The notes beneath the pieces were generated by a model. That model was not told where the DNA came from. It saw nothing but the letters and a program-made list of their open reading frames with translations, and searched no databases. A stretch of DNA of 64,000 nt from Longimicrobiales bacterium (GTDB taxonomy: Bacteria > Gemmatimonadota > Gemmatimonadetes > Longimicrobiales > Gaopeijiaceae), in contig OZ241869.1 of NCBI GenBank assembly GCA_965202805.1, forward strand, positions 2,560,001 through 2,624,000. The letters are read 5' to 3'. Shown one piece after another: positions 29,469 through 38,682 of this stretch (the stretch's first letter is position 1; each line of letters begins with the position of its first letter). The position numbers and the translations under genes are program-made.

Positions 29469-31721
29469 ATGAACTCGCCGAGGCCCGGGGGCTTCTCCCG
29501 GGCCGTTTGCCTCCCGGTGCTGGCCGCCCTGCTGGCTCCCGTCCCCATCGTCGCCCAGGCCAACGGGCCCGAGGCGCGCGCGACCGCGAACCCCGTGCCC
29601 CGTCCCCCCACCATCGACGGGGTGCTCGACGAGCCCTTCTGGGCGATGATCGAGCCGGTCACCGACTTCCGCCAGCGCGACCCGGTGGACGGCGCGCCCG
29701 CCAGCGAGCCCACCGAGGTGCGCATCGGCTACGACGCCAACGCCCTCTACTTCGGCTTCGTCTTCCACGACTCCGAGCCCGCGCTCATCCGGCGCAGCAT
29801 CCTGCACCGGGGCGGGCGCATCGACAAGGACGACCGCGTCATCGTCGCGCTGGACACGTATCACGACCGCCGCAACGCCTACATCTTCGAGGTCGGCGCG
29901 CTGGGGACGCAGGACGACGCCCTCATCTCCGACGAGAGCATGACCCTGGACGACTGGAACTGGGACGGGGTGTTCACCAGCGAGACCCGGGTTACCGAGG
30001 ATGGCTGGGTGCTCGAGCTCGAGATCCCCTTCACCACCATCCGCTTTCCGGACACCGACGAGCCCACCATGGGCATCGCCTTCATGCGCTCGATCCGGCG
30101 CAAGAACGAGAGCGTGCTCTGGCCGCACATCGGGCAGGAGTACCGCTCGGGCATCTCTCAGGTGTCGCGCTATGCGACGCTGGAGGGGCTGCGCGGGCTC
30201 AGGCGCGGCCGCTACGCGGAGGTCAAGCCGTTCGCGATCGCGGGGACTCAGCGCATGGCGGGGGACGCGAGCTTCGAGGGGCAGACCGACGTGGGGCTCG
30301 ACGTCAAGTACGCCCTGACCTCGAATCTCACCTTCGACCTGACCTGGAACACCGACTTCGCGCAGGTGGAGTCGGACAACGTCCAGATCAACCTCACCCG
30401 CTTCGACCTCTTCTATCCCGAGAAACGGGAGTTCTTCCTGGAGCGAGCCGGCCTCTTCCAGTTCGGGACCCCGCGCCAGACCGAGGTCTTCTTCAGCCGG
30501 CGGGTCGGGCTCCAGGGCGACATCGCGGGAGGAGGGCGGCTCACCGGGCAGGCCGGACCCCTCTCGATCGGTGCCCTGGGGCTGCGCACGCGCGGATACT
30601 CGGATGATGCGCTCGCTCTGCCGGCGGCGTGGAACTCGGTGGTGCGGCTGCGAACCGACTTGCGACCGCGCACGACCCTCGGCGGGATCATCACCAGCCT
30701 CGATCACGAGAACGGCTGGGACCGCACCGCGGGTATGGACTTTTCCAGCCGCTTCTGGAGCAGCAGCGCCTTCAATGTGTGGGCGGCGCGGGTGTGGAAT
30801 CCGGACTTTGCCCCCTCCGCGACGGAGGTTTCGGGATCACCCGGGGGCACGGTATCGCCCGGATCCGCGGAGCCCCGGGACGCGGGCAGCGCCAACGCCG
30901 CGTCCGCCGAGCTGGTGCTCCAGAACGACCTGTACGTCGCGGGCGTTTCGCGCCTGGTCATAGACGATGGCTTTCAGCCGGCGCTGGGGTTCGTGCCCCG
31001 CACCGACCAGGACCGGTGGGAGGGCCGCGCCGGGGTCACACCCCGCTTCGAGTCCAGTAGCTGGGCGCGCCAGCTGATGCTCGACGTGAGCGGCCACCAC
31101 ATCCGGGGCAGAGACGGTGCGAAGCAGACTCACGAACTGGGAGCGAGCGCCGGACTGAACTTCCAGAGCGGGGAGTTCGCCAACATCGGGTTCCGCGAGC
31201 GCTTCGAGCGGCTGGAGACGCCGGCGCGAATCAGCGGACGGCGTCTCGCGGCCGGTGACTATCGCTTCCGGAGTCTCTACGCGCATGTGCGCACCAACGA
31301 CAGCCGCACCTTCTCCGGCGCGATTGCCGGATCCATCGGCGACTTCTGGTCCGGCACGCGGACCGAGATCGGAGGCGGCGCCACCTGGATCACCGGCCCG
31401 CACCTCACCATTGGCGGGAGGTATTCGTGGAACGGCGTCTCGTTGCCGGTGGAGGACGGGGATTTCTCGACCCACCTGGTGAGCGCAAACATCCAGGGCG
31501 CGGTGAGCCGCAAGCTCTTCGCCAACGCGCTCGTGCAGTGGGACAACCACTCGCGGGAGCTGCAGGCCAACATCCGCATCGACTGGATCCACACCCCTGG
31601 CAGCGACCTCTTCGTGGTCATCGATACAGGCTACCTGACCGGCGACCTCCTCGACCCGCGCGAGCCGCGCTGGCAGCGGCGCACGGGCGTGGTGAAGCTG
31701 ACGTATCTGATGGCGTTCTGA
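29469..31721 (+). CDS. DUF5916 / CBM9-like domain outer-membrane protein
   Basis: IDGVLDEPFW, NTDFAQVESD, NLTRFDLFYPEKREFFLE, KLTYLMAF. Confidence 0.87.
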   Translation: MNSPRPGGFSRAVCLPVLAALLAPVPIVAQANGPEARATANPVPRPPTIDGVLDEPFWAMIEPVTDFRQRDPVDGAPASEPTEVRIGYDANALYFGFVFHDSEPALIRRSILHRGGRIDKDDRVIVALDTYHDRRNAYIFEVGALGTQDDALISDESMTLDDWNWDGVFTSETRVTEDGWVLELEIPFTTIRFPDTDEPTMGIAFMRSIRRKNESVLWPHIGQEYRSGISQVSRYATLEGLRGLRRGRYAEVKPFAIAGTQRMAGDASFEGQTDVGLDVKYALTSNLTFDLTWNTDFAQVESDNVQINLTRFDLFYPEKREFFLERAGLFQFGTPRQTEVFFSRRVGLQGDIAGGGRLTGQAGPLSIGALGLRTRGYSDDALALPAAWNSVVRLRTDLRPRTTLGGIITSLDHENGWDRTAGMDFSSRFWSSSAFNVWAARVWNPDFAPSATEVSGSPGGTVSPGSAEPRDAGSANAASAELVLQNDLYVAGVSRLVIDDGFQPALGFVPRTDQDRWEGRAGVTPRFESSSWARQLMLDVSGHHIRGRDGAKQTHELGASAGLNFQSGEFANIGFRERFERLETPARISGRRLAAGDYRFRSLYAHVRTNDSRTFSGAIAGSIGDFWSGTRTEIGGGATWITGPHLTIGGRYSWNGVSLPVEDGDFSTHLVSANIQGAVSRKLFANALVQWDNHSRELQANIRIDWIHTPGSDLFVVIDTGYLTGDLLDPREPRWQRRTGVVKLTYLMAF

Positions 31722-31815
31722 GGGGAGTTCAGGACGAGCGCCCCCGCCGATTTCCATGAGCGTCCGCAGGAGAACGCGGGCCCTGCTTGATCAATCCGTC
31801 ACCGAAGGAGGACCC

Positions 31816-32022
31816 ATGCAGACTCCGTACACGAATGAAGCCGCGCTCGAGCACGCACGCCGACTCGCCGAAGTCGTCGGGCTCGCCGAGAACCAGCTGC
31901 CCACCACCGTCTTCGCCGACGTGCTGAACGGGCTCGCCGAGTGCGAGGCGATCCTGGCCGGGATGCCGCAGCAGGAAACGCCTCCCCCGATCACGAAGCA
32001 CGTGCCGGAGTGGCTGCCATGA
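31816..32022 (+). CDS. Small helical protein, possible GatC/AtzG-like amidase partner
   Basis: GGAGGA RBS; 68 aa; ATGA overlap with the amidase. Confidence 0.65.
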   Translation: MQTPYTNEAALEHARRLAEVVGLAENQLPTTVFADVLNGLAECEAILAGMPQQETPPPITKHVPEWLP

Positions 32023-33554
32023 ACGCCGCCGGGGGTACGGCACTCACGCGCCGAAGCTTCGTGAAGGGCGCGGCGGCGGCCGCGGCCGCGCCGTGGGTGC
32101 CCATGTCGCGGCAGCCGCGTTGGACCATCCCGCCGGTCGAACCGCAGGCGGTCCCGCTCTACGACCTGGAGGTGTGGCAGGCGGCCGATCTGATCCGCCG
32201 GCGAATCGTATCTCCCGTCGAGTTGGCCGAGGTGACCCTCGAACGCATCGCGGAAACCGAGCCGCGGATCGAGACCTTCGTGAACCAGTACCCGGCCGAC
32301 GAGATCATGGCCCAGGCGGAAGCCGCCGAGGACGAGATCGCTGCGGGGCGCTACCTCGGACCTCTGCACGGAATCACCGTGGGGCTGAAGGACATCTACC
32401 TGACGGAGGGCAAGGTCACCGAGGGGAACTCCGGTCTCTACAGGGGCTTCACCCCCTCCTTCGACGCGACCTCCGTGGCAAGGCTCAAGGCCGCGGGAGC
32501 CGTCATCGTGGGCAAGGTGGGCACCAGCGAATTGGCCACTGCGGACCAATGGCCTGCGAAAAACCCCTGGGACTTCGATCGAGTTGCCGGCGGATCCAGC
32601 ACGGGCTCCGCGACCGGTGTCGCGGCGTCCCAGTTCATGGTGGGAATGGGCACCTGCACCGGCGGTTCAATCCGTGGTCCGGCCGCCAACTGCGGCATCA
32701 CGGGGCTCAAGCCCACCTACGGAGCCATCAGCCTGCACGGGGTCCTCCCCCTCGCGTGGTCCATGGACCACCCCGGCCCGATGGTGCACAGCGCCCGGGA
32801 CGCGGCGCTGGTGCTGGACGCGGTGGGTGGTGAAGACCCACTGGACCCGCACTCCCGCAAGGTGGCCCGCTACCGGACCGCCGAGGCGCTCTTCCTGGAG
32901 CCCCGGCCCAACCCCCTCGAGCGGGTGGTGGTGGGCGTCCCCGCCGAAGACGACTTCCTCATGGGCGTGCCCAACGACGAGCAACTGGGCGCCTTCGGGG
33001 AAGCGGTGGAGGTGATGAGATCACTGGGGGCTACGGTCCGCACCGTGCGCACCAACGTGCTCTTCCCGGGACTCACGAGCCTGAGTTCGTTCTACCTGAT
33101 CATCCGAAGCGCGGAGGTGGGAGCGTATCAGCGGCACAACCTGCTGACCCAGCCCGAGAACATGTCCGAGGCCTACCGTTCGCGGGTCGCTTCGGGTGTG
33201 CTGATGCCGGGGCACGCCTACGTACAGGCTCAGCGGGTGCGCCGGCACTGGCGCGATCAGTTCCTCACCGTCTTCGATGAATGCGACGTGCTCATTCACC
33301 CGGCGGACGACATTGCCGGACTGGTCGAGGGTGAGGATCCCCCGCGTCCCCGGGAGTCGACCGGGAGCAAGACCAATCTCTGGAACCTGTCGGGGGCACC
33401 GGCCGTCGCCATCCCCACCGGGTTCTCCGAGGTGGAGGGAATGCCGCTGTCGATGCAGGTGGCGGCCGCTCCCGGGCGCGATGAGATTGCGCTCATCGTC
33501 GCGGACGCCTTCCAGCAGGTGACCGGGCACCACAGGGCGCGGCCGGCGTTGTAG
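32019..33554 (+). CDS. Amidase-signature family enzyme with Tat signal
   Basis: TRRSFVKG twin-arginine motif; GPLHGITVGLKD, GGSSTGS, GTCTGGSIRGPA. Confidence 0.92.
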   Translation: MNAAGGTALTRRSFVKGAAAAAAAPWVPMSRQPRWTIPPVEPQAVPLYDLEVWQAADLIRRRIVSPVELAEVTLERIAETEPRIETFVNQYPADEIMAQAEAAEDEIAAGRYLGPLHGITVGLKDIYLTEGKVTEGNSGLYRGFTPSFDATSVARLKAAGAVIVGKVGTSELATADQWPAKNPWDFDRVAGGSSTGSATGVAASQFMVGMGTCTGGSIRGPAANCGITGLKPTYGAISLHGVLPLAWSMDHPGPMVHSARDAALVLDAVGGEDPLDPHSRKVARYRTAEALFLEPRPNPLERVVVGVPAEDDFLMGVPNDEQLGAFGEAVEVMRSLGATVRTVRTNVLFPGLTSLSSFYLIIRSAEVGAYQRHNLLTQPENMSEAYRSRVASGVLMPGHAYVQAQRVRRHWRDQFLTVFDECDVLIHPADDIAGLVEGEDPPRPRESTGSKTNLWNLSGAPAVAIPTGFSEVEGMPLSMQVAAAPGRDEIALIVADAFQQVTGHHRARPAL

Positions 33555-33631
33555 GAAGGTCCGGGGAGGCAGGGCGGGCCCGGAGCGGGATCGGCGACGC
33601 GCGGCTTCCGCGACGGCTCGGCGCCGCTGCT

Positions 33632-34216
33632 TCAGCCTGGTCTGCCCCAGGGCCGCACAAACGTCTCCGGCTCCACCCCCAGCCCGTCCGCTACCCGCGT
33701 GATGTAGTTGAAGTACCCGATCACCTGGGTCGCGTCGTGGATCGCGCGGTCGTCGAAGCCATGGCCGCGGAGCACTTCCAGATCATCCGCTCCCACTTCC
33801 GCCTGCCTGAGCGTCAGCTTCTCCGCATAGTCGCACAGCGCCTGGTCCGCCTCCGACAATCCCGCCTCGCGCCAGTCGCGCACGATGGCGTGCACGAAGG
33901 CGTCCCGCTCCTCGTCCGTCCCGAACAGCTCCTCGATCTCTTCCCGGAGATCATGCGCGTGCGCCTGCTCTCAGTAGAAGCAGCCGTTCACCTTCGAGGT
34001 GACCACGGCGAGCATCTCACGACGCCAGCGGTTCAGCGGGGAAGGCCCGAACATCAGCGTGCGGTAGAACCGCATGGTGGTCTGCATGACCCGGGGGTTC
34101 AGGCTCATCACGCGCACGATGTTCCAGATCCGGCCGGCCCGGTCCCGCGCCTCGCCGTACAGCTTGCTCAGGAGGCCGGCGGCCTCGGATTCGGAGATCT
34201 CTCTGATGTGGGACAT
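33632..34216 (-). CDS. AhpD/peroxidase-related enzyme, putative selenoprotein (Sec82, in-frame TGA at 33971-33973)
   Basis: One continuous frame: MSHIREI...REMLAVVTSKVNGCFY-TGA-EQAHAHDLRE...YAEKLT...GYFNYITRVADGLG; TGA occupies the second Cys of NxCxYC; SECIS-like hairpin follows. Confidence 0.85.
33935..33952 (-). promoter_or_regulatory. Putative bacterial SECIS element
   Basis: mRNA GAUCUC-CGGGAA-GAGAUC; stem starts 18 nt after UGA; G at loop position 2. Confidence 0.65.
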
Positions 34217-34224
34217 GGGCAGGA

Positions 34225-36177
34225 CTACCTCGAAACCCCTTCGAAGTTGGTGTTCACGCCCGAGCGCCGGCTGCGGACCATCTGCGCGTCGGCGAATCCT
34301 CGCACCAGCCCGATGAAATCGCCAGCACTCGCGCGGAACATGGGCCCGCGCCCCGAGTCCGCGCCAACCGGCCAGGCCAGGTCGATGCGCGTGACGCGGC
34401 TCGAACCCGCCGGGAATGCGAGACGCAACCCGGCGCCGACAGCCCCCTTCCAGCCGGTGTCCGTGCCGAAGGGAACATCGCCTGCCCAGGCCCGTCCGGC
34501 ATCGGCGAAGAAGGTCATCCCCAGGTCGATCGAGGACGGGGCCGGCCACCCCAGATCCACGCGATTCTCGAAGGAAGCCACCACCCGGCGGCCCGCCGGA
34601 AAGTCCTCCTCCTTGTACCCGCGCACCACGTCCCGGCCTCCCAGGGTCAGCTGGAAGGGCGAAATGGTATTCCAGCCGCCGGCTGCGGAGACTCGCGCGA
34701 CCAGCGTCTTCGCGAAGCCCACACCGGGCTGCCAGTAGGCAAGCAGGTCGGCCTCCGAGAAGATGTCCCGCCAGCGCCCCGCCGCCTCGTCCTCGAAACG
34801 CACCCGCCGCGCCTCCGTCTCCGCATTCACCAGCAGCACCGCCGATGCCGAACCCACGCCCCCGAAGAACGAGACGCGGCCCATGAAATCGCTCGCAAGC
34901 GCGGCCGGTGACGCCCGCAATGACTCGTCTTGCCCCGACAGCCACCTTCCCAGCGGCAGACGCGGCCCCAGCGTCAGGGAAAGATCGACGCCCTGCGGTA
35001 CGCTCTGCTCCCCGCTCACCGCGTCCAGCCCGCGCCGGGTCTCGAAACGCACTTTTCGCCTGGCGAGAAGCAGGTTGAAACGGGTGAGATCGTGCCCTCG
35101 CGTCTGGCCCGCGAGACGGGAGCCGATGCCCGGTTCGTCGTCGAGCAGGTTGCCGAAGTCCAGACCCCGAACGAGCGACACGGAGTCCGGATACTCATCG
35201 AAGCGCAGCGTTTCGTGCGTGATGCCGAAACCGAGCAGGGTCAGATTCCCCGGCTCACCGAAGCGGTACGCCTGCGTGGCTTCGATGCGCTCCTCGAGCT
35301 CCGGAAGGAGGGCGTAGCTGTATTCGAATCCGGGATCGAGCACGTAGGGAAAGAGCGACTCGCGCCGGTAGAATCGCAGACGCCCCGCGAAGCGCCCCAC
35401 TTCTCCCACGAACGGGTAGACCAGCATCGCCTCGGCGAATCCGCCCGAGCGAGTTCGGCCCCAGTTGAAGCGCCCGTCCAGCCGTGTGCCGGCGAGGCGC
35501 GTGGAGTGCAGGGTGAGACCGTAGTCCTGTCGCTGCTTGCGCTCCTGGTAGAAGGCGCCGATCAGGTTGCCCGAGCCCAGGAAGTTCTCCTCCACCACGC
35601 TCGCGCCCTCGAACTGCAGCCCGTCATCGACGGTCACGTCGATCTGGATCTTGGTGGTCCACTCGTCGCGCGTCGTCACCCGCACGTGACGGGTGCCGTC
35701 CGGCTGGGGCTCCGCGACGATGTCCGCGGTAGCGATGAAGCCGAGTTCGCGCAGGATCCGTTCGGACTCCTCGAAGAGAAACGGGCCCGGGCAGTCCCCC
35801 TCGCCGAACAGCAGCTCGCCGGCGATGAATCCCTCCCGCGTGTCGACGTGCATGAAGTTGGCGAGCCCGCGCGTCCAGCGCAGAATGCGCGGCTGGGTCG
35901 GCGGTCCCGGGTCGAAGATGGGCTGGCTTTCGATGACGATGCGCGAGACCGGTCCCGCCTCGCAGGCCACGTCGTCACCGGGCGTCTGCGCACGTGCCGG
36001 AGCTGCCGCCAGGAGCCCGAACAGGAGGCAGGCGAGCAGACCGCCGCAGCGGGACGCGAGCGGCTGATTCCGGGAAACGCGGCACCATGAAGGGCTCGGG
36101 ACCCGAGGGCAGCCGGAGGAGCGGACGAAGACGGAAGCCGCGCCCGCAGGCGGAGCCGGAACTGCGAGATGAGGCAA
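34225..36177 (-). CDS. Omp85/BamA-TamA family outer-membrane protein (start uncertain)
   Basis: Signal-like GLLACLLFGLLAAAPARA-Q; POTRA-like ELLFGEGD...ESERILREL; VRGY and FFADAGRAW barrel motifs; nearest in-frame starts are TTG 36177 and ATG 36273. Confidence 0.8.
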   Translation of the reverse strand: MPHLAVPAPPAGAASVFVRSSGCPRVPSPSWCRVSRNQPLASRCGGLLACLLFGLLAAAPARAQTPGDDVACEAGPVSRIVIESQPIFDPGPPTQPRILRWTRGLANFMHVDTREGFIAGELLFGEGDCPGPFLFEESERILRELGFIATADIVAEPQPDGTRHVRVTTRDEWTTKIQIDVTVDDGLQFEGASVVEENFLGSGNLIGAFYQERKQRQDYGLTLHSTRLAGTRLDGRFNWGRTRSGGFAEAMLVYPFVGEVGRFAGRLRFYRRESLFPYVLDPGFEYSYALLPELEERIEATQAYRFGEPGNLTLLGFGITHETLRFDEYPDSVSLVRGLDFGNLLDDEPGIGSRLAGQTRGHDLTRFNLLLARRKVRFETRRGLDAVSGEQSVPQGVDLSLTLGPRLPLGRWLSGQDESLRASPAALASDFMGRVSFFGGVGSASAVLLVNAETEARRVRFEDEAAGRWRDIFSEADLLAYWQPGVGFAKTLVARVSAAGGWNTISPFQLTLGGRDVVRGYKEEDFPAGRRVVASFENRVDLGWPAPSSIDLGMTFFADAGRAWAGDVPFGTDTGWKGAVGAGLRLAFPAGSSRVTRIDLAWPVGADSGRGPMFRASAGDFIGLVRGFADAQMVRSRRSGVNTNFEGVSR

Positions 36178-36319
36178 AGGCGCCGTGGGATGTTGCTCGG
36201 AGGGAAGTTTGACTCGGAACTGGCGGAACCCGGGCCCGAAAACCCGGCAATATGCCCGAAGCCGACGTTCCATGCTATGACACCCGCGGGTCCGATGTTC
36301 CCGGTCGGCTGCGCCCCCG

Positions 36320-36349
36320 TTGACCCTCGCCCGCCCTCGCGAATAAAAT
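36320..36349 (+). promoter_or_regulatory. Putative pckA promoter
   Basis: TTGACC-N18-TAAAAT. Confidence 0.5.
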
Positions 36350-36456
36350 TGAAACCGTTGTCTCCTCCGCGCGGCGTCGGGATTCGAGAGGCCCCGCGGA
36401 GGCTCGTGTTTTGGGCCGCCGACCTCGTCCATCCAGCCCGGAGTCCCCCGGATCCA

Positions 36457-38073
36457 ATGACCCTGCCAGCCCTCGACGTGTCTCCAACCGACTCGCGCGC
36501 GGCCGTCGAACTCGACGCCCACGGCCTGGCCCCCGCGGGGAGTATCCACTGGAATCTCTCCCCCGCGCAGCTCTGCGAGGCCGCCCTTGCCCGGGGCGAG
36601 GGCCATCTGGTGAACATGGGCCCCTTCGCCGCGGTCACCGTTCCGCACACGGGCCGCTCCCCCAACGACCGCTACACCGTCGAGGAGGCCTCCACGGCCG
36701 ACCAGATCGACTGGGGCCCGATCAACCGCCCCATGAGCGAAGCGCACTACCGGGCGCTCCGGGCCGACATCATCGACTATCTGAACCCGCGGGAACTGTT
36801 CGTGCGCGATGCCCACTGCGGAGCCGATCCGGGGCACCGAATCTCGGTTCGCGTGGTGAGCCCCAGCGCCTGGCACACGCTCTTCGTCTACAACATGTTC
36901 CTGCGTCCGTCCGCCGAGGAACTGGCCGCCATCCGCCCCGACTTCGTCGTGCTGCACGCGCCCCTGCTCCAGGCAGATCCCGCGCGCCACGGCACCCGCA
37001 GCGCCACCGCCGTGGTCGTGAATCTGGCCGAGCGGACCGTGCTGGTCGCGGGCACGCGCTACGCGGGCGAGATCAAGAAGTCCATCTTCTCGTCGATGAA
37101 CTTCTTCCTCCCCGGCAAGGGCGCGCTTCCCATGCACTGCTCGGCCAACATCGGCGACGACGGCGACAGCGCGCTCTTCTTCGGGCTCTCGGGAACCGGC
37201 AAGACCACGCTTTCCGCAGACCACGCGCGCCGCCTGATCGGCGACGACGAACACGGCTGGAGCGATGACGGCGTCTTCAACTTCGAGGGCGGCTGCTATG
37301 CGAAGGTGATCCGGCTCTCCCCGGAGAACGAGCCCGAGATCTACCGCACCACGCGCATGTTCGGGACCATCCTCGAGAACGTGATCTTCGACGAAGACAC
37401 GCGCGAGGTGGACCTGGACGACGACACCCTGACCGAGAACACCCGCGCCTCGTATCCCATCCACTACATCCCCGGGGCCGTGCCCGAAGGGCGGGGCGGG
37501 CATCCGAAGAACATCTTCTTCCTGACCGCCGACGCGTTCGGCGTGCTGCCGCCCATCGCACGTCTCACCCCGGAACAGGCGATGTACCACTTCCTGTCGG
37601 GGTACACGGCCAAGGTGGCGGGGACCGAGCGGGGCGTGACCGAGCCGCGCGCTACCTTCAGCGCCTGCTTCGGGGCGCCGTTCCTGCCCATGCACCCGAG
37701 CGTCTACGCCCGCATCCTGGGGGAGAAGTTGCGCCGCCACGGCTCTCAGGTGTGGCTGATCAACACCGGCTGGACGGGCGGAGGGTTCGGCACCGGCAAG
37801 CGCATGGATCTTCCGCACACGCGCGCGATGATCCGCGCGGCGCTCGACGGGTCGCTGGACGGCACGCCGACGCGAACCGATCCCGTCTTCGGGCTGGCGG
37901 TGCCGCTGGACGTCCAGGGCGTGCCCAGGGAGGTTCTGACCCCGCGTTCCACCTGGACCGACCCGGGCGCGTACGACCGTGCCGCCGCGCGGCTGGCGGC
38001 CATGTTCCGGGAGAACTTCTCAAGCTTCGCCGACGCCTCTCCGGAGGAGGTGCGGGCGGCGGGGCCGGAGTAG
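36457..38073 (+). CDS. pckA: Phosphoenolpyruvate carboxykinase (ATP)
   Basis: YAGEIKKS, MHCSAN, FFGLSGTGKTTLS, LIGDDEHGW, NFEGGCYAK. Confidence 0.97.
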   Translation: MTLPALDVSPTDSRAAVELDAHGLAPAGSIHWNLSPAQLCEAALARGEGHLVNMGPFAAVTVPHTGRSPNDRYTVEEASTADQIDWGPINRPMSEAHYRALRADIIDYLNPRELFVRDAHCGADPGHRISVRVVSPSAWHTLFVYNMFLRPSAEELAAIRPDFVVLHAPLLQADPARHGTRSATAVVVNLAERTVLVAGTRYAGEIKKSIFSSMNFFLPGKGALPMHCSANIGDDGDSALFFGLSGTGKTTLSADHARRLIGDDEHGWSDDGVFNFEGGCYAKVIRLSPENEPEIYRTTRMFGTILENVIFDEDTREVDLDDDTLTENTRASYPIHYIPGAVPEGRGGHPKNIFFLTADAFGVLPPIARLTPEQAMYHFLSGYTAKVAGTERGVTEPRATFSACFGAPFLPMHPSVYARILGEKLRRHGSQVWLINTGWTGGGFGTGKRMDLPHTRAMIRAALDGSLDGTPTRTDPVFGLAVPLDVQGVPREVLTPRSTWTDPGAYDRAAARLAAMFRENFSSFADASPEEVRAAGPE

Positions 38074-38149
38074 CGCCGACGTACCGCGGGCCGAGCTCGC
38101 GCCCAATCCGAGAAACCGGCCCGGTACGGCGCCGGGACAGGGAGCCGAA

Positions 38150-38614
38150 ATGGCGAAGAAGCACTGGCTGATGAAGACCGAACCCGGCGTCTACTCGATC
38201 GACGACCTGGAGCGGGACGGCTACACCTGGTGGGAAGGCGTCCGCAACTACGGAGCCCGCAACAACATGCAGGCGATGAGCGTGGGCGACGAGGTGCTCT
38301 TCTACCACAGCATGGCCAAGCCGCCGGGAGTCGCGGGGCTCGCCCGGGTGTGCAAGGAAGCCTATCCGGACCACTTCGCCTTCGATCCCGACGAGCACTA
38401 CTACGACCCGAAGTCCGACCCCGCGAAGCCCCGCTGGTACATGGTCGACGTGGAGTTCGTGGAGAAGTTCCCCGAGGTGGTTTCGCTGAGGGACATCCGG
38501 CAGGTGGCGGGGCTCGGCGAGATGGTGCTGGTGAAGAACTCCCGCCTCTCGGTCCAGCCCGTGCGCGAGGAGGAATTCGAGATCATCCGGGCGATGGGCC
38601 GCGGCGGCGGCTGA
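38150..38614 (+). CDS. EVE domain protein
   Basis: HWLMKTEP, WEGVRNYGARN, FYHS, YYDPKS, SRLSVQPV. Confidence 0.93.
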   Translation: MAKKHWLMKTEPGVYSIDDLERDGYTWWEGVRNYGARNNMQAMSVGDEVLFYHSMAKPPGVAGLARVCKEAYPDHFAFDPDEHYYDPKSDPAKPRWYMVDVEFVEKFPEVVSLRDIRQVAGLGEMVLVKNSRLSVQPVREEEFEIIRAMGRGGG

Positions 38615-38646
38615 CCGCCGTCCCGAGCCGGCGTCCCGTTTCGCCA

Positions 38647-38676
38647 TTGCTCCGCCCGCGCACGCGCCGGTAGACT
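38647..38676 (+). promoter_or_regulatory. Putative leaderless promoter of the HD-domain gene
   Basis: TTGCTC-N18-TAGACT, then 6 nt to ATG; no SD sequence. Confidence 0.5.
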
Positions 38677-38682
38677 CCCTGC

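Noticed and set aside
33632..34945. Two separate genes or a pseudogene (ORF track 33632-33895 and 33971-34945)
   Set aside because: Same frame, stop falls exactly on the catalytic Cys position, no other lesions, and a SECIS-like hairpin is present
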